This document shows positions 1-13,671 of a stretch of DNA of 64,000 nucleotides, one piece after another. Position numbers and translations under genes: made by a program. Origin of the DNA: Octopus vulgaris (lineage: Eukaryota); NCBI GenBank assembly GCA_951406725.2, contig OX597819.1:13392001-13456000 (forward strand), in the 5' to 3' direction. Numbering within the stretch: the first letter of the stretch is position 1; every line of letters begins with the position of its first letter. The notes beneath the pieces were generated by a model that was not told the DNA's origin, did no database searches, and saw nothing but the letters and a program-made list of their open reading frames with translations.

Positions 1-278
1 AGAGTAATAGATGGTTATAGATGGGGTAGAAGTGAATGTAGGGAGTGATCAATAAGAGTGGACGATGTGTGGTTGATGCAAGATATCAGTATTGAAGGAT
101 GTGGGTAAGGTGAGAGAGAGAGAGAGGGAAGTGGCTCAGAACTCACTTGGTCAGAATGTAGGGGGCTAATGAACAAAATGTAAGAATGAGGAAGAGATGT
201 AGAGTGACAGAAATAAAGGTCAGAGATACTTAAGGGTGGTGGATGAAATGTGGGGAATGCTTAAGGGTCAGATTGGGT

Positions 279-3200
279 ACAGGGGAAGGGCCCGGCATGT
301 ACATCAACAAAATACTTTAAGACCTTTTTTACAATAAGAAACAGGGGAAGGGCCCAGCATGTACATCAACAAAATTCTTTAAGACCTTTTTTACAATAAC
401 AAACAGGGGAAGGGCCCAGCATGTACATCAACAAAATACTTTAGGACCTTTTTTACAATAAGAAACAGGGGAAGGGCCCAGCATGTACATCAACAAAATA
501 CTTTAAGACCTTTTTTACAATAAGAAACAGGGGAAGGGCCCAGCATGTACATCAACAAAATACTTTAGGACCTTTTTTTACAATAACAAACAGGGAAAGG
601 GCCCAGCATGTACATCAACAAAATACTTTAGGACCTTTTTTACAACAACAAACAGGGGAAGGGCCCAGCATGTACATCAACAAAATACTTTAGGATCTTT
701 TTTACAATAACAAACAAGGGAAGGGCCCAGCATGTACATCAACAAAATACTTTAGGACCTTTTTTACAACAACAAACAGGGAAAGGGCCCAGCATGTACA
801 TCAACAAAATACTTTAGGACCTTTTTTACAATAACAAACAGGGGAAGGGCCCAGCATGTACATCAACAAAATACTTTAGGACCTTTTTTACAATAACAAA
901 CAAGGGAAGGGCCCAGCATGTACATCAACAAAATACTTTAGGACCTTTTTTACAACAACAAACAGGGAAAGGGCCCAGCATGTACATCAACAAAATACTT
1001 TAGGACCTTTTTTACAATAACAAACAGGGGAAGGGCCCAGCATGTACATCAACAAAATACTTTAGGACCTTTTTTACAATAACAAACAAGGGAAGGGCCC
1101 AGCATGTATATCAACAAAATACTTTAGGACCTTTTTACAACAACAAACAGGAAAGGGCCCAACATGTACATCAACAAAATACTTTAGGACCTTTTTTACA
1201 ACAACAAACAGGGAAAGGGCCCAGCATGTACATCAACAAAATACTTTAGGACCTTTTTACAATAACAAACAAGGGAAGGGCCCAGCATGTACATCAACAA
1301 AATACTTTAGGACCTTTTTTACAACAACAAACAGGGAAAGGGCCCAACATGTACATCAACAAAATACTTTAGGACCTTTTTTTACAATAACAAACAGGGG
1401 AAGGGCCCAGCATGTACATCAACAAAATACTTTAAGACCTTTTTTACAATAACAAACAGGGAAGGGCCCAGCATGTACATCAACAAAATACTTTAGGACC
1501 TTTACAATAAGAACCAGGGAAGGGCCCAGCATGTACATCAACAAAATACTTTAAGACCTTTTTTACAATAAGAAACAGGGGAAGGGCCCAGCATGTACAT
1601 CAACAAAATACTTTAGGACCTTTTTTACAATAACAAACAGGGGAAGGGCCCAGCATGTACATCAACAAAATACTTTAGGACCTTTTTTACAATAACAAAC
1701 AGGAGAAGGGCCCAGCATGTACATCAACAAAATACTTTAGGACCTTTTTTACAATAACAAACAAGGGAAGGGCCCAGCATGTACATCAACAAAATACTTT
1801 AGGACCTTTTTTACAACAACAAACAGGGAAAGGGCCCAGCATGTACATCAACAAAATACTTTAGGACCTTTTTTACAATAACAAACAGGGGAAGGGCCCA
1901 GCATGTACATCAACAAAATACTTTAGGACCTTTTTTACAATAACAAACAAGGGAAGGGCCCAGCATGTATATCAACAAAATACTTTAGGACCTTTACAAC
2001 AACAAACAGGGAAAGGGCCCAACATGTACATCAACAAAATACTTTAGGACCTTTTTTACAACAACAAACAGGGAAAGGGCCCAACATGTACATCAACAAA
2101 ATACTTTAGGACCTTTTTTACAATAACAAACAGGGGAAGGGCCCAACATGTACATCAACAAAATACTTTAAGACCTTTTTACAATAACAAACAGGGGAAG
2201 GGCCCAGCATGTACATCAACAAAATACTTTAGGACCTTTTTTACAATAAGAAACAGGGGAAGGGCCCAGCATGTACATCAACAAAATACTTTAGGACCTT
2301 TTACAATAACAAACAGGGAAAGGGCCCAGCATGTACATCAACAAAATACTTTAGGACCTTTTTTACAACAACAAACAGGGGAAGGGCCCAGCATGTACAT
2401 CAACAAAATACTTTAGGATCTTTTTTACAATAACAAACAAGGGAAGGGCCCAGCATGTACATCAACAAAATACTTTAGGACCTTTTTACAACAACAAACA
2501 GGGAAAGGGCCCAGCATGTACATCAACAAAATACTTTAGGACCTTTTTTACAATAACAAACAGGGGAAGGGCCCAGCATGTACATCAACAAAATACTTTA
2601 GGACCTTTTTTACAATAACAAACAAGGGAAGGGCCCAGCATGTACATCAACAAAATACTTTAGGACCTTTTTACAATAACAAACAGGGGAAGGGCCCAGC
2701 ATGTACATCAACAAAATACTTTAGGACCTTTTTTACAATAACAAACAAGGGAAGGGCCCAGCATGTATATCAACAAAATACTTTAGGACCTTTTTTACAA
2801 CAACAAACAGGGAAAGGGCCCAACATGTACATCAACAAAATACTTTAGGACCTTTTTTACAACAACAAACAGGAAAGGGCCCAGCATGTACATCAACAAA
2901 ATACTTTAGGACCTTTTTTACAATAACAAACAAGGGAAAGGGCCCAGCATGTACATCAACAAAATACTTTAGGACCTTTTTTACAACAACAAACAGGGAA
3001 AGGGCCCAACATGTACATCAACAAAATACTTTAGGACCTTTTTTACAATAACAAACAGGGGAAGGGCCCAACATGTACATCAACAAAATACTTTAAGACC
3101 TTTTTTACAATAACAAACAGGGAAGGGCCCAGCATGTACATCAACAAAATACTTTAGGACCTTTTTTACAATAAGAAACAGGGGAAGGGCCCAGCATGTA

Positions 3201-4772
3201 CATCAACAAAATACTTTAAGACCTTTTTTACAATAAGAAACAGGGGAAGGGCCCAGCATGTACATCAACAAAATACTTTAGGACCTTTTTTACAACAAAC
3301 AGGGAAAGGGCCCAGCATGTACATCAACAAAATACTTTAGGACCTTTTTTACAATAACAAACAGGGGAAGGGCCCAGCATGTACATCAACAAAATACTTT
3401 AGGACCTTTTTTACAATAACAAACAAGGGAAGGGCCCAGCATGTACATCAACAAAATACTTTAGGACCTTTTTTTACAACAACAAACAGGGAAAAGGGCC
3501 CAGCATGTACATCAACAAAATACTTTAGGACCTTTTTTACAATAACAAACAGGGGAAGGGCCCAGCATGTACATCAACAAAATACTTTAGGACCTTTTTT
3601 ACAATAACAAACAAGGGAAGGGCCCAGCATGTATATCAACAAAATACTTTAGGACCTTTTTTACAACAACAAACAGGGAAAGGGCCCAACATGTACATCA
3701 ACAAAATACTTTAGGACCTTTTTTACAACAACAAACAGGGAAAGGGCCCAGCATGTACATCAACAAAATACTTTAAGACCTTTTTTACAATAACAAACAG
3801 GGGAAGGGCCCAGCATGTACATCAACAAAATACTTTAGGACCTTTTTACAATAAGAAACAGGGAAGGGCCCAGCATGTACATCAACAAAATACTTTAAGA
3901 CCTTTTTTACAATAAGAAACAGGGGAAGGGCCCAGCATGTACATCAACAAAATACTTTAGGACCTTTTTTACAATAACAAACAGGGAAGGGCCCAGCATG
4001 TACATCAACAAAATACTTTAGGACCTTTTTTACAAAACAAACAGGGGAAGGGCCCAGCATGTACATCAACAAAATACTTTAGGATCTTTTTTACAATAAC
4101 AAACAAGGGAAGGGCCCAGCATGTACATCAACAAAATACTGGGACTTCAACAAAAACGGGAAAGGCCCACTGTACATCAACAAAATACTAGGACCTTTTT
4201 TACAATAACAAACAGGGGAAGGGCCCAGCATGTACATCAACAAAATACTTTAGGACCTTTTTTACAATAACAAACAAGGGAAGGGCCCAGCATGTACATC
4301 AACAAAATACTTTAGGACCTTTTTTACAATAACAAACAGGGAAAGGGCCCAGCATGTACATCAACAAAATACTTTAGGACCTTTTTTACAATAACAAACA
4401 AGGGAAGGGCCCAGCATGTATATCAACAAAATACTTTAGGACCTTTTTTACAACAACAAACAGGGAAAGGGCCCAACATGTACATCAACAAAATACTTTA
4501 GGACCTTTTTTACAACAACAAACAGGGAAAGGGCCCAGCATGTACATCAACAAAATACTTTAGGACCTTTACAATAACAAACAAGGGAAGGGCCCAGCAT
4601 GTACATCAACAAAATACTTTAGGACCTTTTTTACAACAACAAACAGGGAAAGGGCCCAACATGTACATCAACAAAATACTTTAGGACCTTTTTTACAACA
4701 ACAAACAGGGAAAGGGCCCAGCATGTACATTGACAAAATACTTTAGGACCCTTTTTTACAATAACAAACAGG
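279..4772. repeat. Satellite, 62-bp unit, ~72 copies
   Basis: Unit acaggggaagggcccagcatgtacatcaacaaaatactttaggaccttttttacaataacaa repeated head-to-tail. Confidence 0.98.
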
Positions 4773-5966
4773 TCTTCTTCAGCACAGTGAATCACCATTT
4801 ATCTTGGTCTCTGTATGTAAAACGAAGACACAAGTCAATTTTTGGCACAAACCCTGTTTGCTCACCAGATGTCCATTATAAACATTGCTTTTTTTTTTAT
4901 CTGTTTATATAATCTATCTTTTAGTTGTTGTATTTTCATTATTTCTTTGTTTGCCATATATTTATTTACATATTTTATAGAGTTATATATTTTATTCGTC
5001 TCACTGTTATTGTTTCTTTTTATTTGATTTCAAAGTTTCAATATTTTGTTTTATTTTTTTTTCTTTGAAATTTATAAACAATTTTATTTAAAAGAATTTT
5101 GTTAATTTTTGTGTAATTCCAATGAAAATATGATTCTAATTTATTCCATATTTTTACTTATTTCATTTTTGTTTTAATTTTTCTTTATTTTTTGGTTTCT
5201 TTTTTTCTTTTTGTTTTTCTTCTTTAGTGAACCTGAGACTGAAACAACAAATGCATATAATGTGTATGTTCTTTGTTTTTGTTTAATTCCTTCAAGCAGG
5301 CTTCATTCAGGCTGCTACTACTAACACTACTACTACTAATACCTATACTACTACTACTACTAATGCTGCTACTGCACTCTCTTAGTCTTCTCACTTCTTC
5401 ATGGTTCTTGCAGTGCCTTTTATCTTCCTTCCAAATATCCTTCAAACAATTCCCTCTAATGATCTCCTCCACTTCCATATACCTTTACCATCACTGTCTG
5501 GCCTTCCCCTTGTTTTATAAACTCTACTAAATCACTTTATGTAATTCTTTTATTGTGGCCATGCTGGAGCACTGACTTTAACTGATGATATTGATTCCCA
5601 TGTCTGTCTATTATTTTATTAACCTTGTAAAGACAAATTTTCAAATTCAACTCGGGTGTAAAAGAACAGAGCCAAATACCACAAGCAGACCAATTCTGCA
5701 TCCAATGTTGCTATACATATGTGATGCATACATACTTCTGAAGTTGAAGAAAATACTACAACAGGAGTCATGTATGAAACCCGAGGTATCAGAGTAACTA
5801 CTGTAGTGTTTTCAGTTTCAAAAATAAACGTGCACACACACACACACACACACACATACATACACACAAGTGAGTTTGGAGGGATATATTATCCAAGTGG
5901 ATGCCATATTAGCTCTCAGTTATGTTCCAGCTAACCACAACAATCAGTATCTAACATTTGTGACTA

Positions 5967-6408
5967 CATTATTTACACTTGATGTATATTTGTCCTCATC
6001 TTGTTTGTTTTTAACACAACTTTTCTGCTGATATACCCTGCAGCTTTCATCAGGTGTCTTGGGGAAATTTCGAACCTGGGTTCACATTCCTAAAGTATTT
6101 TTTTGATGTTGTTATTATTATTCAGGTCACTGCTTGGAATCGAACTCGGAAACTTCAGGTTAGTAGCCCACGCTCTTAACCACTATGCCATATGCCCGTG
6201 GGTATATGGTATAGTGGTTACCTGAATAATAATAATAATAACATTGAAAAATACTTTAGGAATGAGAACCCCGGTTCAAAATTTCCCCAAGATACCTGAT
6301 GAAGGCTGAGGATATATCAGCCAAAATGTTAACAACAAACAAGATGAGGACAAATATCCGTCAAATGTAAATAATGTAAATAATTCCTCATCTCTTAAAT
6401 ATAGAACT
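5967..6408. mobile_element. Fold-back element with tRNA-like head and degenerate hammerhead motif in each arm (copy 1)
   Basis: Arms ~5967-6196 and ~6200-6380 are inverted repeats; A/B boxes on minus strand 6133-6196; CTGATGA at 6296(+) and 6047-6053(-). Confidence 0.8.
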
Positions 6409-6883
6409 ATATTATCTATGACTACAATTAGTCGTTAGTCGCTTTCTGAATTCTTCCAATGGGTAATTCTATGTACCCTTTGGTGGACAGTTAAAATTGT
6501 CTGGAATATATATTAATAATTATAAAGAGTATGGCTATGGATGCCCACTGGAGTAGGTAAAAAATGGTTGAGGACCACTACACTAGTCTGAGACTCTGCT
6601 ACAAGACCATAAAACCTGTCCTTCCACCTTCTCTTTAACTCATCAAATGAGCAATTTGGTTTCCATTCCTGAGGATCTTTGGTATATAGGGTTTTCGTTT
6701 TGTTTTTGGTTTTTTTTTTTTTTTTGCATCCTCTGTCTTCGAATCGTGCCAAGGTTGACTTTATCTTTCATCCTTTGAGGGTCAGTGAAATAAAGTACCA
6801 GTGAAATGCTGGGGTTGATGTAATTGACTAAGTCCCTCCCCTCAAATATTACAAGCCATGTGCTTCAATCAGAAACTATTATT

Positions 6884-7222
6884 ATTACCTCCGTCTTGGT
6901 GGAAGTATTGTTTTTAGTGGTGTTTGTTTGCTTGTGGAAAGATATCTTAAGAACTGCTGGATGGATTCGAATGAAACTTTTAGGGATTGGCATTAACTGA
7001 TTAGATTTTGGGATTGATCCAATACCAGACAACGATTCTGGATTATTTTTCCGAATTTTTAAATTTAATTTTTGAGAGTGGTCAGGTTCATTTTTAGTAT
7101 TCCTGTTTGTGAAAGCAGTTGAGTTTATTTCAGATATTCTCATTTTAAAAATCATCTCTGGCTAATCATTGAGAGGTCATTGGTGTTATCTTGGTGGAAG
7201 TTTACACTCTCTGAGTGCTTTT
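6884..7222 (+). mobile_element. HINE/DINE-1-like non-autonomous Helentron-type element
   Basis: 5' attacctccg..ggaagt sub-terminal inverted repeat, (gttt)n, 3' hairpin cactctctgagtg; homologous copies at 12646, 17840, 39717. Confidence 0.65.
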
Positions 7223-7224
7223 GT

Positions 7225-7527
7225 TGTAATTATTATTATTATTATCATTATTATTATTATTATTATTATTAGCATTATTATTATTATTATTATTATTATT
7301 AGCATTATTATTATTATTATTATTATTATTAGCATTATTATTATTATTATTATTATTATAATGGCGAGCTGGCCAGATTGTTGGCATGATGAGCAAAATG
7401 CTTTGCAGCTTTTCATCCGTCCTTACATTCTGACTTCAAATTTAGGAATGAGAACACCGGGGTTGATGTAATCGACTCATCCACTCCCCTCAAAAACTGC
7501 TGCCCCTGTGGCAAAATTTGAAATCAA

Positions 7528-7585
<58 letters not shown>

Positions 7586-7617
7586 TATTATTATTATCAT
7601 TATTATTATTATCATCA

Positions 7618-7696
<79 letters not shown>

Positions 7697-7719
7697 CATT
7701 ATTATTATTATCATCATCA

Positions 7720-7765
<46 letters not shown>
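7225..7765. repeat. (ATT)n/(ATC)n microsatellite tracts flanking a decayed SINE
   Basis: Tracts at 7225-7358 and 7528-7765. Confidence 0.95.
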
Positions 7766-7766
<1 letters not shown>

Positions 7767-8528
7767 GTGGTTATTTGAATGATTAGAGCTTCAGGCAAAA
7801 TGCCTTGTATTTCTTTCAGCTCTTTACCTTCTGTGATCAAATCCCATCAAAAGTAACTTTGCTTTCATGCATCTGGGGCGCAATGAAACTTCCAATAGCA
7901 GTCATACACAGGAGTTGACATGACCCTATGCTCTCCCCTCGAAAATGTGTGGCCTTGTGCCTAAATTAGAATCAATTATCATCACATTTAGGTTTCTATA
8001 TCACCACAACCCTTTTTTTACTGATCTTATACAATTATTACTGATACAGGTTTCCATATTTCCAATTTAACATCAAAACGTTTCCATATCTTTTCCCATG
8101 CCACTCCTTGTTGTATCCGATAACATCATTGCATCATAATAACTCCTCTTCTGTCCTCTTCTTATTCATCATCTCAATCAGTTTTCCCATCTCTATTCGT
8201 TTGCTTCGATCTACTCAGCTCAGTTATTGGTTTCCATAACAAACTTGTTTTAACTAAGTGGTAGGTCTCGGTCGGTCGTCTCTTTTCCCTGTTGTCTGTT
8301 TAGTCACCATTGTTAGGATTGTCACTGCTGTATGTATGAATTAATTTGTCACAATACTATCATTGATATTACCACCATTCATCTCTTCCACCACCACCAC
8401 CTCTCTGTCCCTTTACAGCCCTTCTATCACTATCTCCTTATCTCTCTCTTTCCCATATCTATTTCTGATCACACACACACAATTAGTCAGTCATTCATGT
8501 ACAGTGATACGCCCACACAATCATACCT

Positions 8529-8943
8529 ATTTCTTTACTACCCACAAGGGGATAAACACAGAGAGGACAAACAAGGACAGACAAACGGATTAAGTCGTTT
8601 ATATTGACCCCTGTAGGTAACTGGTACTTAATTTATGGACCCCAAAAGGATGAGAGGCAAAGTCAACCTCGGCGGAATTTGAACTCAGAACGTAGCGGCA
8701 GACGAAATAACTATTTCTTTACTACCCACAAGGGGCTAAACACAGAGAGGACAAACAAGGACAGACAAACGGATTAAATCGTTTATATTGACCCCAGTGT
8801 GTAACTGGTACTTAAGTTATCGACCCCGAAAGGATGAAAGGCAAAATCAACCTCGGCGGAATTTGAACTCAGAACGTAACGGCAGACGAAATACGGCTAC
8901 GCATTTCGCCCGGCGTGCTAACGTTTCTGCCAGCTCACCGCCT
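8529..8943 (-). mobile_element. Dimeric tRNA-derived SINE (family B, Meta-domain-like core)
   Basis: Two head-to-tail monomers; core gtcgactttgcctttcatcctttcggggtcgataaattaagtacc; 14-bp TSD acacaatcatacct at 8515-8528 and 8944-8957. Confidence 0.88.
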
Positions 8944-9264
8944 ACACAATCATACCTTCTACATAATCACTTTGACTTACTCACACACACTGGCAGAAAC
9001 GTTAGTGTTGAATGAATGCCTGGTAGTATTTCTTTCAACTCTTTAGGTTCTGAGTTCCGATCCCATCTAGGCCAACTTTGCATTTCATCCCTGTGGGGTT
9101 GATAAAATAAAGCACCAATCAAGTACTCAGGATATCAAGGTAATCAACTAACCCACCATCCCCAAAAAAGCTGGTTTTGTACTTAACATTAGAAGTCCCA
9201 AATGAACACCGGGTCAATGTAATCAACTCATCCACTCTCCACCAAAATTACTGCCCTTATGGCA

Positions 9265-9697
9265 AAAGCACCATTCAAGCCTGATCGTTGCCAGTGCCAC
9301 TCAACTGGCTCCCATGCCAGTGGCATGTAAAAAGCACCATTTGAGCGTGGCCATTGCCAGTGCCGCTTGACTGGCTCCCATGCCAGTGGCATGTAAAAAG
9401 CACCATTTGAACATGGTCGTTGCCAGTGCCGACAGACTGGTCCTGTGCTGGTGGCATGTAAAAAAGCACCATTCAAGCATGGCCGATGCCAGTACTGCCT
9501 GACTGGCCCTCATGCCAGTGGTATGTAAAAAGCACCCACTACACTCATGGAGTGGTTGGCGTTTGGAAGGGCATCCAGCTGTAGAAACTTTGCCAAATCA
9601 GATTGGTGCCTGATACAGCCTCCCGGCTTGCCAGTCCTCAGTCAAACCATCCAACCCATGCCAGCATGGAAAGCAGATGTTAGACAACAATGATGAT
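9265..9697 (+). mobile_element. Family C SINE-like element with internal ~60-bp tandem units and (GAT)n tail
   Basis: Repeated aaaagcaccatt...ccagtggcatgt units, gtggttggcg..ggaagggcatccagctgtag motif; related copies near 29810, 35560, 37075, 38760, 56960, 60780. Confidence 0.8.
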
Positions 9698-10361
9698 TAA
9701 ACAACAGTTGTTGTTGTTATTATTATTATTATTATTATTATTAGAGAATAAAGCTGAGTTGGGATACTTACCATCGATATTTAGAGGAATCCTGGGTCCA
9801 AAGTTTCTTAATGGCCCCTATTAACATCTCATTTGATACTTTTTAATATACATCTGTTTTCTAAACCGGTTTCCTTTTCTCCGTAAGTTCTTCATAAATT
9901 CTCATAATTTGTTCCTTTAATGTCCTCTCATCACCCTTGTGGCAAATAAATTTTGAACAATTTAGTGAATCTTACACACACACACACACACACACAGTGC
10001 TAGAAATACCTGGATCCATGTCCCTGCAATTTATCAATGGTGTTGTTTAACCCCAAGTAAGGTGTGACCGAGCTGATCTATGACCAAAACAGTTAGTCCT
10101 AAACATCTTGGCTTCCTTCTCTCTTGTGTTGTAAATCTAGGACTACATTAGTCAGCGGGTCATTGTTTTTTGAAAGTGAGAGGATGCAATTTGAGGATGG
10201 TTTGGGTGTTATTTCATGCAGATTGAGTGATCATTATGAGGCTTCTCTCTGGGACCGTGTGTATCATACATTGGTATGAAAAGACTTTTTTTTAAAAATC
10301 ATCCAGATTACTTTCATTTGCATTTTTGGATTTTCCATGTCAAAAAAAAAAAAAAACTAGT

Positions 10362-10753
10362 ACTCTTTTACTTGTTTCAGTCATTTGACTGCGGCCATGC
10401 TGGACACCACCTTTAATCGAGCAACTTGACCCCGGGTCTTATTCTTTTGTAAGCCCAGTACTTATTCTATCGGTCTCTTTTGCCGAACCGCTAAGTAACG
10501 GGGACATAAACACACCAGCATCGGTTGTCAAGCGATGTTGTGAGGACAAACACAGACACACACACACATATATATATATACATATATATGACGGGCTTAT
10601 TTCAGTTTCCATCTACCAAATCCACTCACAAGGCTTTGGTCTGCCCAAGGCTATAGTAGAAGACACTTGCCCAAGGTGCCACATAGTGGGACTGAACCCA
10701 GAACCATGTGGTCGGTAAACAAGCTACTTACCACACAGCCACTCCTACGCCTG
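10362..10753 (-). mobile_element. tRNA-derived SINE family A, full length
   Basis: Matches copies at 13672, 41120, 53826 (-) and 58940 (+); tRNA-like head, ccttgggcaagt box, internal (TA/TG)n, gtaaaaga tail. Confidence 0.9.
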
Positions 10754-11508
10754 TTTAATAATAATAATAATATGTTATAATAGTGTTTAATAATTTTTCA
10801 GACTGTGAACCTCATCGTTAAAAATGAAACCTTTTTCAGGGTTTGTGCCACTGCGAAGAGGAGCAAGCTGGCAGAATCATTAGCACCCCAGGCAAAATGC
10901 TTAGCATCATTCCATCCGACTTTACGTTTGGAGTTCAAATACCACTGAGGTTGATTTTGCCTTTCATCCTTTCGGAGTCAATAAAATTAATACCATTTAA
11001 ATACTAGGGTTGATGTAATCAACTCACTCCACCCCCACCCCAAACTGCCGGTCTTGTGTCAAAATTTGAAACCAATATTGACATCGGCTCTCATCATCAT
11101 CATTTGGTTTCCATTTGTCATCTTATTCTTGGTTACGTACATAGTAACGGGTTGCATTCGAGTATTTGGTTTCTTAAGTAAATGTTAACAATGCTCTTAG
11201 ACACAGCCAACTTTCTCTGGTTCTGTTGTCCATCCCTTTTTGTACATGCTCCGACCCAGAGCCATTGATTTATTGGTTTAGTGATATCTAATTGTGGTTT
11301 GACATTAAACTGACTGATATGTCATGAAGATGCAAATATTTAAAAATTAATCTCATATGCGAAGATGCTAATAACTTAATTAATCAGAATCTGATTAACA
11401 ATAATAACCCATCTCAGTTATTTAGGTATTTAATTAATGGTTCAGCACTTTTGTTACCAACCTGCCTAAGATTGTTCCTCAGTTCTGTGATGCAAACTTC
11501 TGGTTTAA

Positions 11509-11728
11509 CCCTTCAGCATTCAGATTATCCTGTCAAAAGTAATCCTTATTTATCCATCTTGTTTTGCATTAATCATGCATTATCTCAAAGCTTTAAGATT
11601 TTAAGGAGGTGATTGTCTGTTTTTAGAATGACATTGTAGGGTAGGTGTGAGAGGCTAGATCTGGTCAGTTTGAACATAAACAGACCATACCTGGCCAAAA
11701 AAATCTACCTGTTTTAAATGCTAAAAGG
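11509..11728. mobile_element. piggyBac-like MITE nested in another TTAA element
   Basis: TTAA-ccct...aagg-TTAA ends; same family as 33552 and 55118. Confidence 0.75.
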
Positions 11729-11850
11729 TTAAAGCGATCCAGATTAAACCATTCATCAAAATTTCTTAATTCTAAACAAAAGCTTAAAAATGACTTATTT
11801 CATTAAATTCTTTATTATTTTAGAAATTAACTGAAACAAAAGTGGTGCAT

Positions 11851-12137
11851 TCTGTTGTGTCTGGGAAGAGTCATTTTCTTCTTGTGCCTTAAAATGTAAC
11901 ACACTCACCGGTAAAATTTCCACTTATTTCTTATTTTTATTTTCCTAAGACTATTGAAAAAGTTGCAAGACGCAAAGAAAATTTTCGGAAAATAAAAATA
12001 AGAAATAAGTGGAAATTTTACTGGTGAGAGTATTACATTATAAGGCACAAAAAGAAAATGAAACTTCCCAGACACAACAGAATATGCTTCAACACACGAA
12101 CTCATATAAAGAATCTTGCAAACCAAATCCTAAAACG
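11851..12137. mobile_element. Asymmetric fold-back element with 13-bp TSD
   Basis: ~95-bp inverted arms; TSD aaaagtggtg(c/t)at at 11838-11850 and 12138-12150. Confidence 0.8.
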
Positions 12138-12645
12138 AAAAGTGGTGTATATTTGTAGAAACACAATAACAAAAGGGTTAATAATTACAATGTTATTTTA
12201 CTAAATTTTTTATTTTAAGAATTAATTGAAATAAAAGTAATTTAGATTGATAGAAATATGGTAACAAAAGGGTAAATTCTCTTCAAATTTCCTGACAGTG
12301 TCATCTTTCTAACATTCCATTAACTCTTTTAACATTAACTCTTTTACATAACGAACATTATACCGCTGTTTATTGAAATAACAGATTGATTTATTTACAA
12401 CTTTTTGTTGTTAAGCTCTAGGTTAATCTTGATTCAGCAAATCTCTAATCAGCTGTTCAAGCTGTGACCATCTCATCTTTTATTCAGACACAGTGTAGCA
12501 AGGACTATAATATTCAACGTGCTCTTTTTCTATGTATATAAGTAAGTTATAAAAGGGAGGATTTTGTTGCTATTTCTAGCAGGTTGAACGGTTAGGAAGA
12601 TGCTCCTCATTAGCTGCCTTGCATTAGTGACTCTATAATACTAAT

Positions 12646-13308
12646 TATTACCTCCACCTTAGCGAAGGCAGAGGTATTGTTTTCAGTTGTGTTTGTTTGT
12701 TTGTTGGTGGACAAGATATCTCAAGAACCACTGGATGGATTCAGATAAAACTTTCAGGGATGTTTGTCTTTGCGACTGGCACAAACTGATTAGATTTTGG
12801 GGTTAATCCAGTACAGGACAAGGATTCTGGCTTATTTTTTTTCTGTTTTGTTACATAATTTTTGAGAGCGGTCGGGTTCATTTTTAGTATTCTTGCTTAT
12901 GAGAGCAATCGAGTTTATTTAAAAATCATCTCTGGCTAATCATTGAGAGGACATTGGTGTTGCCTTGGCAGAGGTTTGTGCTGGGGAGGCACATGACCTA
13001 ATAGTTAGAGCGGTGGACATGCGGTCGAGGGATCGCGGGTTCGAATCTCAGACTGGGCAATGTGTGTATTTATGAGCAAAACACCTAAGCTCCACGTGGC
13101 TCCGGCAGAAAGTAATGGCAAACTTCTGCTGACTCTTTCACCACAACTTTCTCTCACTCTTTCCTCCTGCATCTTGCAGCTCACCTACGACGGACTGGCA
13201 TCCCATCCAGGTGGGGAACCTATACACCAAGGAAACCGGGAAACTGGCCCTTATGAGCCAGGCTCGAGAAGGAACAAATAAGAGGTTTGCACTCTCTCAG
13301 TGCTCTTG
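12646..13308 (+). mobile_element. HINE/DINE-like element interrupted by a tRNA SINE (12983-13280)
   Basis: SINE flanked by TSD agaggtttg(tg/ca)ct at 12970-12982 and 13281-13293. Confidence 0.75.
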
Positions 13309-13671
13309 TTGTAATTATTTCTTTCATTACTGGATTATGAGGAAAAATATTTCAGGTTATGTGGGTGAGTTGGGTGCTATTTCTAACAGATTAAGCAACC
13401 ATTTAAATGCTTCCTTGTTGATTCGACTATATTTTTTCCATCTCCAATGTAGGTTGAAGGCTACAACTTTTGGCGGGAATGGAATGGCTGTTTGTATCAA
13501 TACTCAATACTTGATTGGTATTTATCTGATCAAACTTGGAAAATGATAAAGCAAAGCCAGACAGAGTTTTATTGGGAATCTAAAAAGAACCAATTAAATA
13601 TACATTTATATTGTTGCTCTACCGATTCTCTCAAGAATTCTACTGAATCTTGTGCCTCCTTTAGTTTCTCT

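Noticed and set aside
4135-4195. One strongly degenerate satellite monomer
   Set aside because: Clustered deletions among near-identical neighbours look like long-read consensus error.
279-4772. CRISPR-like appearance of the tandem arrays (also 26126-28999, 47255-47780)
   Set aside because: No unique spacers, no cas genes, eukaryotic intronic context.
7169-7840. Poly-Ile/Asn/Tyr and (HT/YI/CV)n ORFs here and throughout the ORF track
   Set aside because: Translations of microsatellites.
13356-13364. Possible 9-nt microexon (ttcag|gttatgtgg|gtgagt)
   Set aside because: Poor pyrimidine tract, and it abuts a motif (gctatttcta.cag) recurring in decayed repeats; unsupported without RNA data.
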